In this document: piece by piece, positions 16,401 to 28,251 of the stretch
Numbering within the stretch: position 1 is the stretch's first letter
How the letters are laid out: each line of letters starts with the position of its first letter
IMG/VR virus record: IMGVR_UViG_3300035682_000004
Source: a virus
Strand: one strand, 5' to 3'
Length of the DNA: 64,000 nucleotides
The notes under the pieces: generated by a model
What the model was told of the DNA's origin: nothing
Seen by the model: the letters and a program-made list of their open reading frames with translations, nothing else
Database searches by the model: none
Made by a program: the position numbers and the translations under genes

Positions 16401-16808
16401 ATGGCATACGGTGCACAAAAAATATTTCCTATTGATACTAAAACTGGTACCGCTATTGGTGTTAGTTTAAATTTTAGTAACCCTGGAGTATTTCAGTCCA
16501 CTTATTTAACTAAAGATGCTATTAAAAATAATTTAATAAATTTTTTCTTAACTAATCAACCAGAACGCTATTTAAATCCAACATTTGGTGGCAATTTAAG
16601 AAATTTTATATTTGAACAAATTACAGCTAATAACTTAGATTTTTTAAAACAAGATATTCAAAATCAAATAGGTTTATATTTTCCTAGTGTTATAGTAGCT
16701 AGATTAGATGTTGTTGAATATCCAGATATAAATCAGGTAGTAGTAACATTAAAATATACAATAGCAGACACTAATATAAGTGATCAATTAGATATAGCAT
16801 TCAATTAA
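16401..16808 (+). CDS. gp25: Baseplate wedge protein, gp25-like
   Basis: IKNNLINFFLT...ERYLNPTFGGNL..FIFE. Confidence 0.85.
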   Translation: MAYGAQKIFPIDTKTGTAIGVSLNFSNPGVFQSTYLTKDAIKNNLINFFLTNQPERYLNPTFGGNLRNFIFEQITANNLDFLKQDIQNQIGLYFPSVIVARLDVVEYPDINQVVVTLKYTIADTNISDQLDIAFN

Positions 16809-18664
16809 TGGCAACAATTAAAGATATAAAATACCTAAATAAAGATTTTACAGAGTTAAGATCTAGTTTAGTTAATTACGCTAAAACGTATTTTCCAACT
16901 ACATATAATGATTTTACTCCAGCATCACCAGGTATGATGTTTATGGAAATGGCAGCCTATGTAGGTGATGTTTTGTCATTCTATTTAGATAATCAATTTC
17001 AAGAAACATATTTACAATATGCTCGTCAAACAAATAACTTATATGAGTTAGCTTATATGTTTGGTTATAAACCAAATGTGACAGGAGTAGCATTAGTAGA
17101 TATTAGTTTTTACCAACAAGTACCTGCTATATTATCTGGTTCATCTTATGTTCCTGATTTTAATTATACTTTATATATTGAACCTAACGCTAGAGTAACA
17201 TCTAATCTTAACTCAAATATTTCATTTTTAGTTGAAGATCCAATTGATTTTAGTGTTTCATCTTCCGGTGACCCAACTGAAGTTACTATATATCAAATAG
17301 CAGGATCAACTCCTCAATCATTTTTATTAAAGAAAAATCGTAAAGCTATATCATCTAATATAAATCAAAAACAATATACATTTGATGAACCTGTTCAATT
17401 CGCAACAGTAGATTTAAGTGATGAAAATATTATTGGTATACTAGATTGTTTTGATAGTGATAGTAATCAATGGTATGAAGTTGATTATTTAGCTCAAGAT
17501 ACTATTTACAAGTCAATTAAAAATACTAACACTAACGATCCTTATTTATCACAATATCAAGGTGATACACCTTACTTATTACAATTAGAACAAGTTCAAA
17601 GAAGATTTGTTACTCGTTTTATTGATTCAGGCTCATTACAAATACAATTTGGTGCTGGAACTGCAACAGATAAAGATGAAGAAATTATTCCTAATCCAGA
17701 TAATGTTGGTTTAGGTTTACCATTTGAAAAAGATAGATTAACAGTAGCTTACTCACCTAATAACTTTACTTTTACTCGCACATATGGTATAGCTCCGTCT
17801 AGTACCACATTAACCTTTAGATACTTAACTGGAGGAGGTGTTTCAGCGAATGTGCCATCTAATGATTTAACTCAGTTAACTTCAACTACTAGATTTTTAA
17901 ATAGTAATTTAGATCCAAATACAGCTAATTCAATATTTGCTTCTTTAGCAGTTACTAACCCAGAAGCAGCAAGTGGAGGAGGTAGTGGAGATACAGAAGA
18001 AGAAATTAGACAAAATTCATCAGCTAACTTTGCTTCACAACAACGTACTGTTACTCAAGATGATTATTTAGTTAGAACATTAGCTATGCCCGCTAAATAC
18101 GGTACAGTAGCTAAAGCATATATTGAACCTACTAAAGCACAAACTATATCAGCCGGTGAATCTAATTCAATATTAGATTTATATGTTTTAAGTAATGATT
18201 CTAATGGATATTTAACAACAGCATCTCCCGCTTTAAAACAAAATATAATCACTTATCTATCACAATATAGAATGGTTAATGATTCTATTAATATTAAGGA
18301 TGGATTTATTATTAATATTGGAGTAAATTTTGAAATTATACTTTTACCTAACTATAATAATAATCAAGTATTAACTGCTTGTATCTTAGCATTACAAGAC
18401 TATTTTAAAGTTAGTAATTGGCAAATTAATCAACCTATTATATTACGTAATGTATATATAATTTTAGATAGAATTGAAGGAGTTCAAACAGTAAAGACAG
18501 TAGATATTGTAAATAAAGTTGGAGTTAATCTTGGATACTCGCCTTATGCTTATGATATTACAGGCGCAACAGCAAATAATGTTATTTATCCTAGTTTAGA
18601 TCCATCTATATTTGAAGTAAAATACTTAAACACAGACATTCAAGGTAAAGTAGTACCTTTATAA
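16808..18664 (+). CDS. gp6: Baseplate wedge protein, gp6/baseplate-J-like
   Basis: KDF..LRSSL, AYVGDVLSFYLD, QFGAG, GGG..DT.EEIR, QRTVTQDDY. Confidence 0.9.
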   Translation: MATIKDIKYLNKDFTELRSSLVNYAKTYFPTTYNDFTPASPGMMFMEMAAYVGDVLSFYLDNQFQETYLQYARQTNNLYELAYMFGYKPNVTGVALVDISFYQQVPAILSGSSYVPDFNYTLYIEPNARVTSNLNSNISFLVEDPIDFSVSSSGDPTEVTIYQIAGSTPQSFLLKKNRKAISSNINQKQYTFDEPVQFATVDLSDENIIGILDCFDSDSNQWYEVDYLAQDTIYKSIKNTNTNDPYLSQYQGDTPYLLQLEQVQRRFVTRFIDSGSLQIQFGAGTATDKDEEIIPNPDNVGLGLPFEKDRLTVAYSPNNFTFTRTYGIAPSSTTLTFRYLTGGGVSANVPSNDLTQLTSTTRFLNSNLDPNTANSIFASLAVTNPEAASGGGSGDTEEEIRQNSSANFASQQRTVTQDDYLVRTLAMPAKYGTVAKAYIEPTKAQTISAGESNSILDLYVLSNDSNGYLTTASPALKQNIITYLSQYRMVNDSINIKDGFIINIGVNFEIILLPNYNNNQVLTACILALQDYFKVSNWQINQPIILRNVYIILDRIEGVQTVKTVDIVNKVGVNLGYSPYAYDITGATANNVIYPSLDPSIFEVKYLNTDIQGKVVPL

Positions 18665-18674
18665 TAATTAAATA

Positions 18675-19811
18675 ATGGCAGTATATAAAATATTTCCTAC
18701 TCAAGATGCAACTATGTATTCTATGTTCCCACAGATGAATACAGGTATTGATGAGATCATAGAGGCAACAACAACAACATTTGGTCCATTTGTTCCAAAT
18801 CCTGAAGTTAGTAGATTTTTAATTCAATTCGATTCAAACGAAATGAATAGTATTATTAATACTAGAATAGGAACAAGACAATGGGATGCTTATTTACAAT
18901 GTTATGCCGCAGTTGTAACTGGTTTAAATGAACCTACTACAATAGATATTTTTCCATCTTCACAAAGTTGGAATAATGGTACAGGAAAATATTTAGACCA
19001 ACCAGTAACTACAGATGGAGTTTCTTGGGTATGGACTGATTATTCAGGTTCTATACAATGGACTACAGCATCTTTTAATGCTGGTTCTACAGGTTCATAT
19101 AGTACAACACCTGGAGGAGGAGTATGGTATAGTAATATATCATCATCTCAATTATTTCAATACTCAGACAATATTGATTTAAATGTTAGTGTAAAAAATA
19201 TAGTAAGTGCTTGGTATACAGGTAGTTTAACTAATATCTATAATACTAGTAGTAGTTTACCAAATAAAGGATTTATAGTTAAACAAGCTAATCAAGATGA
19301 ATTTATAGATAATCCTAATGTTCAAGTAGAATTTAAATTTTTCTCAATTGATACTAATACTATCTATCCTCCTCAATTAGAGTTTAGATGGAATGATACA
19401 TCTAGTTATACTGGTTCAACAACTGTTACTACTATTAATACAGACCAAATGACTGTTGTACTAGGAGAAAATCCAGGTACATTCTATTCAGGTAGTATAA
19501 ATAAATTTAGAGTGAATTGTCGACCAACCTACCCACCAGTAGTATTTCAAACAGCTTCAATTTATCTTCAAAATTATTATTTACCTACTGAATCATATTG
19601 GTCATTAAAAGATTTATCTACTAATGAAGTAATTATAGATTTCAGTGATCCATATACTAAATTAAGTACAGATATTTCAGGTAGTTTCTTTACAATGTAT
19701 ATGAATGGTTTAGAACCAGAAAGAAATTACCAAATATTAATTAAAACTATTTTTAGTGGTTCAGTACTTATTTTTAATGATGATTATTACTTTAAGGTAG
19801 TTAATGGATAA
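18675..19811 (+). CDS. Virion structural protein (DNRLRE-like beta domain)
   Basis: PTQDATMYS..P..NTG, SRFLIQFD, PPQLEFRW. Confidence 0.6.
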   Translation: MAVYKIFPTQDATMYSMFPQMNTGIDEIIEATTTTFGPFVPNPEVSRFLIQFDSNEMNSIINTRIGTRQWDAYLQCYAAVVTGLNEPTTIDIFPSSQSWNNGTGKYLDQPVTTDGVSWVWTDYSGSIQWTTASFNAGSTGSYSTTPGGGVWYSNISSSQLFQYSDNIDLNVSVKNIVSAWYTGSLTNIYNTSSSLPNKGFIVKQANQDEFIDNPNVQVEFKFFSIDTNTIYPPQLEFRWNDTSSYTGSTTVTTINTDQMTVVLGENPGTFYSGSINKFRVNCRPTYPPVVFQTASIYLQNYYLPTESYWSLKDLSTNEVIIDFSDPYTKLSTDISGSFFTMYMNGLEPERNYQILIKTIFSGSVLIFNDDYYFKVVNG

Positions 19812-20164
19812 TGGAACAAGTAAATTTAAATAAAAATGTTTTTTTAAAGGATCAATATGAAAAAGTTATTGACACTTCATTTACTCAACTAGTACAGCCA
19901 GCTGCTACTAGTTCAGTTGTTCCTCCATCTATTTTAATAGCTGAATTTTTTACTAATTATCAAACATTATTTTTTGAAATACCTAAATATGGTAATACAA
20001 ATTCACATGAATATTTAATTAAAACAAGTCAAGCTTACGCTGGTGATTTTAGTAATAGTGATGATACTATTCAAGCTTTAATTGAAGAAGTAACTCAATT
20101 AAGACAAGAAAATTTAGATTTACAACAACAAATATTAAATCCTACAGGTAGCATTAATCAATAA
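19811..20164 (+). CDS. Baseplate-associated small protein
   Basis: Coupled gene in the baseplate operon; C-terminal coiled coil. Confidence 0.6.
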   Translation: MEQVNLNKNVFLKDQYEKVIDTSFTQLVQPAATSSVVPPSILIAEFFTNYQTLFFEIPKYGNTNSHEYLIKTSQAYAGDFSNSDDTIQALIEEVTQLRQENLDLQQQILNPTGSINQ

Positions 20165-23100
20165 TGAGTAAAATAGTTAACATACAATCAGTTAATCCTA
20201 TAACCTTTGAATATCAAACATATTCACCTCAGGATGAATCTTTAATATCTAGTTTTGAAGTTACTAATGATTTTAATGTTTCTTCAAGTTATATAGAATA
20301 CTTTATTTATGATTTAAATAATACTATTTTATATAGTAATGAAATTGGTTATAATGGTTATTCATTTCAAGGAGCAAATGTATTAACTATTGATCCTCAA
20401 ATTGATTTAGAAACTCAAGGATATTTAGAAGGTCAATACTATACAGTTTATAATTTTTTAAATCCATTATTATCATCTAATGCTCTTAATAGGTATTATA
20501 TTGACCAAATAAGTTCAGATAGAACTGAAATTAGATTAAACACTACTCAAATACCTAATATTGATGTTGTATCTTCTTCTTTAGATCTACAACTTCAAAT
20601 TAGTCAATCTTTTGGAGGTTATAAAGATTTTTATTTAGATTTTGGATCAAATCAACTTATTATTGCTAATAACGTATTATTAGATAATAGTAATTTAAAT
20701 GATCCTACAGTATTAATTAAATTATATGATCCACTTCCTTTAGATTTTGGTTTACAATCTCAATGTTGGGTAGCAGAAACAATAATTGAACCTTTAGCTT
20801 ATCAAATTGAAATAACTCAAGTATTTCAACCATTAGATGAGTTTATACAATTAAAAGGACCTAATACTAATTTGAATATTAATGATCAAATTAATAATTC
20901 AACAGATTATATTAATTATTCATCATTAAAAGCTACAACTTCCTTAAATAATTCGTCAAGTTTAAAATATCAATTAAATAGTTTACTTGCTGAAAAAGGA
21001 ATTCAAATTAATATAGATTATAATAATTTTAGTAATTTTTGTAATTTCTCATCCGCACAAACTCGTATAGAAAATTTTTATTATAAATTAGTATTAATTG
21101 AACAATATAGTGTTAGTAGTAGTTATACAACAGGTTCAACAAATTATTATACATCAGGTAGCCAAACTATTTGGGATAGTAAAATAAATGATATTATAAC
21201 TAATTTTGATGGTTATGAATATTTTTTATATTATGATTCAGGAAGTAATTCATGGCCTAAATCTAATAACACTCCTCCGTACAATAACTTATCTACAAAT
21301 GCTTCAGCTTCACAAGCTTGGTTAAATATTAAGTTAGTAGAGGCAGAAGAATATGATTTAGAAAATAGTAACAATTTAATTTATAGTATTCCTAGTTATC
21401 TACTAGACGACCCAGCAAACGCTCAATATGAATTATTCATTGAGATGATTGGTCAATACTTTGATGATATTTGGGTTTATATTAAAGATGTTACTAACAA
21501 ATATAATGCTGATAACAGATTAAATTATGGAGTATCTAAAGACTTAGTAGCACAAATATTAAGAGATTTAGGTGTTAAAATTTATCAAAACAATTTCTCA
21601 GTAGATAATTTATATACTGCTTTCTTAGGATTAACTAATTCAGGAAGTTTATATAATATTCCTAATATTACAAATACATTACCTACTCCAACTGGTTTAG
21701 AGTACATTAACCTTATAGTAACCGCCTCTAACACATCATCTCTAGTAGGTACGGATGATGTTAATAAAGAAACTTATAAGCGTATTTATCACAATTTACC
21801 ATTCTTATTAAAGAAAAAAGGTTCATATGAGGGTTTAAGAGCATTAATTACTACATACGGTATTCCTGAAACTATTTTAAGTATAAGTGAATATGGTGGT
21901 AAAGATAAAAATCCTAACACATGGGATTACTTTAAACAAATATATAATTACGCTTTAATCACAGGATCAGGAACAATAAGTACTCCTTGGAACTTAAATC
22001 CAAGTTGGTCAGTAGCTGTGGATTCATCTAATCAAACTCCTTCAACTTTACAATTTAGATTTCAAACTCAAGGTTTACCTACTTCTAATATTCCATATTC
22101 TCAAAGTTTATGGCAATTAAGTAATTTAGGAGCATTAGTATTAACTTATACAGGATCAGGATACACATCAGGTTCATATAGTGGATCAGCTATTGATCCT
22201 TACTATCAATATGCTAAATTAGATTATTATCCAAATAAAAGTATTAGTTTAACTAACACAGCTAGTGTTTATTTACCTTTCTTTGATGGTGGTTGGTGGT
22301 CAGTAATGCTAACTAGAACAGGCAGTAATTATACTTTATACGCAGGTAATCAAATATATCAAGGATTTGAAGGAAATACAATTGGTTTTCTTGCTTCTGG
22401 ATCTACAACATTAAGTAGTCTTAATTGGGATACAACAGGAAATAGTACATTTTATTCTCCTGTAACTATAAATAGTAAAATCTATAATTCATTTACTGGT
22501 TCTTTACAAGAAATTAGATATTACACTACACCTATACCATTAAATAGATTTGAAGATTATGTAATGAATCCTCAATCTATTGAATCAGAAGATACACCTA
22601 ATCAATTAGCTTTTAGAGCTTCATTAGGTGGAGAATTATATACTGCTTCGTTATCAATACATCCTAAAGTAACTGGTTCTTGGATAGCTACATCTTCATT
22701 TGCTGGAGGTAATAATAGTTGGACTTCTAGTTTAACCCCATTATTTACTTCTAATACAGAATATGCTTACTATAATCAACCAGCAGTAGGTATTCAAAAT
22801 CCTATCACTGATAAGATTAAAGTAGTAAGTATGATAATGCCAACAGGTAGTACTTTATCTCCTTATATCTCAATACAACAAAATCCTCCAATATCACAAA
22901 GTTATACTAGAGATATTGATTATGTTGAAGTAGCATTTTCACCTCAAGATGAAATTAATGTTGATATTTACGATCAATTAGGTTACTTTAATATTGGAGA
23001 ATATATTGGTGATCCAAGATTAGTACCTACTAGAGAAGAATCATATCCTCCTTTAGATGATTTAAGAGACGCTTATTTTGAAAAATATACTAGTAACTAT

Positions 23101-24459
23101 GATGAATGGGATTATATAAGACTTATTAAGTTTTTTGACAATTCATTATTTAAAATGTTACAAGATTGGGTTCCAGCTAGAACAAGTTTAGCAGCAGGAG
23201 TTGTTGTAAAACAACATGTTTTAGAACGTAATAAATATCCATTACCTCAAGCTGACATTACTTCATCAATTGCATTTGTAGGTAGTGGTTCAACTAATAT
23301 ACCATATTTAACTGAAAATATTTTAGTTACAGGTTCATCTGTTCAGATGGGTTATATTGAAGGAAGTGAAGGTGGATCAATTCGTAATTCTGAAGTATTA
23401 ATATACCCTTCTGATAGAGTATTAAACTATTTTGTTTCTGCTTCTTATATAGTTGATGGAATTCCATTTCCAAGAACTATACCAGAAGTTTTAACTAATT
23501 ACACAGAAATATCAGATAGTTTAAATTATTTTAACCCTACTACAGGTATATATACAGCTGAAAGTGATTTTGAAATACCTATTACTTTTGTAATTTCAGC
23601 GTCAGTCACAGGCTCAGGAGCTTTTTCAGGATATGATTATATTTATTTATATTCAAATTCAGGAACAGGAAATAATATAGTAGCAGTTGGTACTTCTAGT
23701 TTTGAATTAAATCCATCAATTGGTATTACTAATTCACCTCTTAATTTTTCTTATACTACAACACCAATACAAGGTCAAACATTTTATTTTACTTTTCTCC
23801 CATTAGTAGATTCAACCTTAACATTACAACTTAATGTAACACAATCTACTTTACCTACAACATCATCTGTATTTACTATAGATAATGGAAATACTTTAAC
23901 TTTTAATTTGGGATTAACAGGAGCTATTCGTATCGTTAGTGACATATCATCATCAGCTGGATTTGGTTCAGCAATTATAAAATTTTATAATGGAAGTAGC
24001 ATATCAGATGAGTTAATATATACAACATCTTCAACATCACTTAATTATACATTAAACGAAACATTTAATGTAACAAGTGGATATTTAACTATAGAAAATT
24101 CTAGTAGTGTTAAAGATATTACATTTTCAAATTTTACAATATATTCTGAACCTGATTATTATACAATAAATGTAACACCATATGGTGATTTTGAGCAATT
24201 AGTAACTAATGAATTTGATTATAACGGTGAATTAGAAGGAACAAATCTAGAAGTAACAGATGGTAATTTAAATGGTACTAATACATTTTTACAATATCCT
24301 AAAACACCAACTAATTATTCTCCTGTATTCTATAATTCAGATACAGTATCATCAGGAGATTTTTTATCAAATACAACAATACCAGGATCAGGTCAAATAT
24401 ATTTATTTTATGATACCGGTTCTATATTATCTCCATTTGACAATAGTTCAAATTTATAA
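20164..24459 (+). CDS. Large baseplate wedge/tail protein (gp7/tail-I-like plus LamG-like domain)
   Basis: LLKKKGS..GLRALITTYG; FTGSLQEIRYY; WVPART; 1431 aa. Confidence 0.7.
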   Translation: MSKIVNIQSVNPITFEYQTYSPQDESLISSFEVTNDFNVSSSYIEYFIYDLNNTILYSNEIGYNGYSFQGANVLTIDPQIDLETQGYLEGQYYTVYNFLNPLLSSNALNRYYIDQISSDRTEIRLNTTQIPNIDVVSSSLDLQLQISQSFGGYKDFYLDFGSNQLIIANNVLLDNSNLNDPTVLIKLYDPLPLDFGLQSQCWVAETIIEPLAYQIEITQVFQPLDEFIQLKGPNTNLNINDQINNSTDYINYSSLKATTSLNNSSSLKYQLNSLLAEKGIQINIDYNNFSNFCNFSSAQTRIENFYYKLVLIEQYSVSSSYTTGSTNYYTSGSQTIWDSKINDIITNFDGYEYFLYYDSGSNSWPKSNNTPPYNNLSTNASASQAWLNIKLVEAEEYDLENSNNLIYSIPSYLLDDPANAQYELFIEMIGQYFDDIWVYIKDVTNKYNADNRLNYGVSKDLVAQILRDLGVKIYQNNFSVDNLYTAFLGLTNSGSLYNIPNITNTLPTPTGLEYINLIVTASNTSSLVGTDDVNKETYKRIYHNLPFLLKKKGSYEGLRALITTYGIPETILSISEYGGKDKNPNTWDYFKQIYNYALITGSGTISTPWNLNPSWSVAVDSSNQTPSTLQFRFQTQGLPTSNIPYSQSLWQLSNLGALVLTYTGSGYTSGSYSGSAIDPYYQYAKLDYYPNKSISLTNTASVYLPFFDGGWWSVMLTRTGSNYTLYAGNQIYQGFEGNTIGFLASGSTTLSSLNWDTTGNSTFYSPVTINSKIYNSFTGSLQEIRYYTTPIPLNRFEDYVMNPQSIESEDTPNQLAFRASLGGELYTASLSIHPKVTGSWIATSSFAGGNNSWTSSLTPLFTSNTEYAYYNQPAVGIQNPITDKIKVVSMIMPTGSTLSPYISIQQNPPISQSYTRDIDYVEVAFSPQDEINVDIYDQLGYFNIGEYIGDPRLVPTREESYPPLDDLRDAYFEKYTSNYDEWDYIRLIKFFDNSLFKMLQDWVPARTSLAAGVVVKQHVLERNKYPLPQADITSSIAFVGSGSTNIPYLTENILVTGSSVQMGYIEGSEGGSIRNSEVLIYPSDRVLNYFVSASYIVDGIPFPRTIPEVLTNYTEISDSLNYFNPTTGIYTAESDFEIPITFVISASVTGSGAFSGYDYIYLYSNSGTGNNIVAVGTSSFELNPSIGITNSPLNFSYTTTPIQGQTFYFTFLPLVDSTLTLQLNVTQSTLPTTSSVFTIDNGNTLTFNLGLTGAIRIVSDISSSAGFGSAIIKFYNGSSISDELIYTTSSTSLNYTLNETFNVTSGYLTIENSSSVKDITFSNFTIYSEPDYYTINVTPYGDFEQLVTNEFDYNGELEGTNLEVTDGNLNGTNTFLQYPKTPTNYSPVFYNSDTVSSGDFLSNTTIPGSGQIYLFYDTGSILSPFDNSSNL

Positions 24460-24470
24460 AATATTAACAA

Positions 24471-26498
24471 ATGCCATATACCCCATATTACTCACAAGGT
24501 GTTAAATTTATTAAAATTGCTCGTATAGACGATCAAGGTAAGGATAATACTTTGTCTTTACAAGAAATAAATAGTATTAGAATTGATTATAGTGATACTG
24601 GTATAATAGAATATCCTATTACTTCAATTTCAAAATATGATACTTATTTTTTATTTGGAGTCGCAACAACTAATATTACATCATCAACAGATAACCAAGT
24701 ACTAAACTATAGATTTTCAGCTTCATATACTAGAGATTTTGGAATTACTAGTGGTGATGAAGCATTAACTAATTACGGTACATACGGAACTGAAGCTTGG
24801 GATGATTTAAATTATTTTAATACTTCATCAGGTCGATATACTTTAAGTAATTTAACTAATATTCCTATAACAATAGTATATTCAGCTTCAGTTACTTCAT
24901 CAGATGGTATTCCAACATCAGTTAAATTAATATCTAATATTCAAGGTACAGTGGCTACAAATAGTACTGCTACTCAAGCATTATTAATTGGATCATATAC
25001 TACAACAGCAATATATGGAGAATATTTTTATTTAGCTATAAATAGTACAGTTACTTCTAAATTTACTGGAAGTTTTTATGTTACTCAATCAGTACCTCCT
25101 ACTGCTTCTATTTCAGATTTAGTGGTTTTGCAACCATATATTGATGAAGATTTTTATGTTAGTGAATATAATGTATTAGCAGGAAACGCTGTTATACCTC
25201 GTTATAGCGCACTTTATATGGATGTAGATTACACTACTAATACTATTCAAGCTACAAACTCAGCATCAATTATATCAGGTTCAGCAACTAGAGCAGCAGT
25301 ACAAGACTCAAATTATACAAATACTGGTTGGATTAATGCTAGATATAATGGTACAAAAGTAAGTAGTATAGATTATAATACTTATACTCCTGCTACAGAA
25401 TATACAGGTTCAAAAGGTTATTATTCTTTTACTACTCAACAAGTTACTTTTATATCTGATACTTCTATTTTTGGATATACCGGTTCATGGCCTGGAGATC
25501 AATCATATGGTAAACAAACATCTATTGATATTTATAGTAATTATTTCGCTAAATTTATTAATATAACTTCTTCATCACCTGAAATTTTAGGTGGTAGTAA
25601 TGTTTATATAACTGAATTGATTGATATAAATGGTAATAGATTATCATTAAGTGAAAATAAATATTTACTAGATGTAGCTTATAATTTTTTTAAAGGTACT
25701 GAAGTTAATATATATAACTTTTCAGCAGTTACAGGAAGTGGATTAGTAGCTTCAGCAACTGTATTTGACGCTGGTGCTTATTATCAAACTATATTATCAT
25801 TTAGAGGAAACTTTGGACCTTACCCTAGTAATCCTACTTTTATACCCTATATATGGTATAATGGAAGTTTAGAATATCCACTTTTAGGAGGTTTTACTCC
25901 TACATCTCAAACTACTCTTGGTTTTGCATTATCTTCTTCTAATACTTTAGTAACTTTTAATAGTGATGATTCATATAGTAATTGGTTATCACCATTTTTA
26001 CAATCATATTATGTACCTGCTTCTGGTCCTATAACTAAAGCTCCATTTGCACGAGTAGATGTTGCTCAATCAGCTTCAATTTATAATAAAAATACTAATA
26101 CAATAATAACCGGTAGCTCTACTGCTACTGGATCAGTTTTATGGCAAGATTTAATTAGTCCTATTAAAGCTAATGATTATATAAGACTCAGTACATCGGC
26201 TTCATATTCTTCTTTATTTAACCCATCATCTTCTACAACATATCAAATAATTGACACATACACTCCAGTTAGTAGTGGTGGATATTATTATTCAGGTTCA
26301 TTAATTCTTAATGGAACTATATCTAATCTAGGTTCAATATATTCTCAATCTTATATTATTTATAGAAGAATACCTTCAGAAAACTATGTAGTTATAGATA
26401 AAACTATAACATTAGATAATGAAGGATTATTAATACCTGCTAATTTTAACCCAGATTATGATCCAATAACAATAGCTAGAAGAGCTGGTGTAATATAA
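24471..26498 (+). CDS. Ser/Thr-rich tail/baseplate structural protein
   Basis: Beta-rich, in the tail operon; QDSNYT..GWINARY.G. Confidence 0.65.
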   Translation: MPYTPYYSQGVKFIKIARIDDQGKDNTLSLQEINSIRIDYSDTGIIEYPITSISKYDTYFLFGVATTNITSSTDNQVLNYRFSASYTRDFGITSGDEALTNYGTYGTEAWDDLNYFNTSSGRYTLSNLTNIPITIVYSASVTSSDGIPTSVKLISNIQGTVATNSTATQALLIGSYTTTAIYGEYFYLAINSTVTSKFTGSFYVTQSVPPTASISDLVVLQPYIDEDFYVSEYNVLAGNAVIPRYSALYMDVDYTTNTIQATNSASIISGSATRAAVQDSNYTNTGWINARYNGTKVSSIDYNTYTPATEYTGSKGYYSFTTQQVTFISDTSIFGYTGSWPGDQSYGKQTSIDIYSNYFAKFINITSSSPEILGGSNVYITELIDINGNRLSLSENKYLLDVAYNFFKGTEVNIYNFSAVTGSGLVASATVFDAGAYYQTILSFRGNFGPYPSNPTFIPYIWYNGSLEYPLLGGFTPTSQTTLGFALSSSNTLVTFNSDDSYSNWLSPFLQSYYVPASGPITKAPFARVDVAQSASIYNKNTNTIITGSSTATGSVLWQDLISPIKANDYIRLSTSASYSSLFNPSSSTTYQIIDTYTPVSSGGYYYSGSLILNGTISNLGSIYSQSYIIYRRIPSENYVVIDKTITLDNEGLLIPANFNPDYDPITIARRAGVI

Positions 26499-26543
26499 TA
26501 AAAATAAAATTTAATAATATTTATATATAAATAATAATAACCA

Positions 26544-27203
26544 ATGGGATATTTAAATAATACTATAGTAACAGTTGACGCGATATTAACAACAACAGGT
26601 CGTCAGTTACTAGCTCAAAACGACGGAACGTTTAGAATCACACAATTTGCTTTAGCTGATGATGAAATTGATTATACATTATATAATCCAAACAATCCCT
26701 CAGGTTCTGCTTACTATGGTCAAGCAATTGAAAACATGCCTTTATTAGAGGCGTTTGCTGAAACTACTCAAACTATGAAATATAAGTTAGTAACTTTACC
26801 TCGTGGTACAGCTAGATTACCTATATTATCAGTACCTCCTTCAATTAGTTTACTACAAGGTGCTTCACAAGCAATTTCACCTCAAACATTAAATTATTTA
26901 GGTGCTAACACAGTAGAACCATCAGGATATACATTTACAATTTCAGATGTTCGTTTAATGAGTACATTTGAAGGTGTAGGAGTTAATACACCAGCTGTAA
27001 CAGCTTTAAATGTATCTAATTCAACTACAACATTAGGTACAACAGTGTCTCAAACAGTAGTAGGAACAGTACTTAATTTAAGAGCTACAACAGTAAATAC
27101 ATTATTCCAAACTTATACTCAATTACAAGCTACATTAACAATAGTAGGTAGAGATAGTGGTGCAAGACAAACAATCCCAGTAACAGTAACAAAAACAGCT
27201 TAA
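26544..27203 (+). CDS. Conserved tail/baseplate protein
   Basis: MGYLNN..VDAILT..GRQLLA..ITQFALADDEIDY; late promoter. Confidence 0.65.
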   Translation: MGYLNNTIVTVDAILTTTGRQLLAQNDGTFRITQFALADDEIDYTLYNPNNPSGSAYYGQAIENMPLLEAFAETTQTMKYKLVTLPRGTARLPILSVPPSISLLQGASQAISPQTLNYLGANTVEPSGYTFTISDVRLMSTFEGVGVNTPAVTALNVSNSTTTLGTTVSQTVVGTVLNLRATTVNTLFQTYTQLQATLTIVGRDSGARQTIPVTVTKTA

Positions 27204-27213
27204 TATATAACAT

Positions 27214-28248
27214 ATGTCTTTTAATAGATTAGATCCATCAGATTTTGTAGTAAGTTCAGATTCAATAACAGCAACGTTATGGTCTGGAGCTTTACCTACA
27301 TTAACTACATTTTTTACTTCATCAGTTCAAGAAGCTGGTTCAAGTGGAGATTATTATTTAAACGTTTTCCAAGCTGACCCAGTAGCATCAACTACAGCTT
27401 CAATTCAATTTGCTATAGCTTATGGTAACGCAGCAGGAAGTGGAAGTGCATTATATAACTCAGCAGTAAATGGATTATCACCTACATCAACTATTTATGG
27501 TCAATACCAAAATATAGTGTTAGGAGATGAAAATACAAATTTTGTATTTGGGGCTTATACTTCTTCACAATTTTGGGCTATATCATTTGAAAGAGCAAGA
27601 TATAAACAATCATTATTTCCTGGTTCTTTAACATTAAAATTATCAGGTAGTTTAGGAGTTATTTCATTAACTGATAATAGTAATTATGTTGCCTCTCAAA
27701 CATTTAATGAAGCTGGTAGAGTATTTCAATTAATTTCAGGTTCAGCCGGTGTTGTAACAGTTACAGCAGCTACAACAACAAATGGATATAGTTTAAACTC
27801 AGGTTCATATGGCTGGCTATTGCCAGATATTGGAACTATTTTATTAAATCCTTTTGCCCTAAGTGGTTCATTAGCTTCAGGCGGTATTGGATTAAATTAT
27901 AGTGTAGTATCAAATGCTGATGGAGATAATAATAGTAAATTATATAGAGCTATAAGTGGTTCAACCGCTAAATCATTTACAATTAACTCCCAAGAAACTA
28001 TTTCTTCAGATTATATTTTTGTAAGACCTAGAAGTGCTGAATTTAATTACTCAGAAAATCCATCATTTATTTCAGGTTCAACTGGTGAAGTATTATATCC
28101 TTCATTTATTAATAACCCACAAACATACATTACAACAGTGGGTTTATATAATGACACTAACGAATTATTAGCGGTAGCAAAATTATCTAGACCATTATTA
28201 AAAGACTTTACAAAAGAAGCTCTTATTAGAGTAAAATTAGATTTCTAA
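27214..28248 (+). CDS. Tail-collar/fibre-attachment-like protein
   Basis: C-terminal YITTVGLYND..ELLAVAKLSRP. Confidence 0.6.
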   Translation: MSFNRLDPSDFVVSSDSITATLWSGALPTLTTFFTSSVQEAGSSGDYYLNVFQADPVASTTASIQFAIAYGNAAGSGSALYNSAVNGLSPTSTIYGQYQNIVLGDENTNFVFGAYTSSQFWAISFERARYKQSLFPGSLTLKLSGSLGVISLTDNSNYVASQTFNEAGRVFQLISGSAGVVTVTAATTTNGYSLNSGSYGWLLPDIGTILLNPFALSGSLASGGIGLNYSVVSNADGDNNSKLYRAISGSTAKSFTINSQETISSDYIFVRPRSAEFNYSENPSFISGSTGEVLYPSFINNPQTYITTVGLYNDTNELLAVAKLSRPLLKDFTKEALIRVKLDF

Positions 28249-28251
28249 TGA

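Noticed and set aside
24440-24480. Programmed frameshift or readthrough joining the two large tail ORFs
   Set aside because: Clean TAA, a short A-rich spacer and a normal ATG; no slippery heptamer seen.
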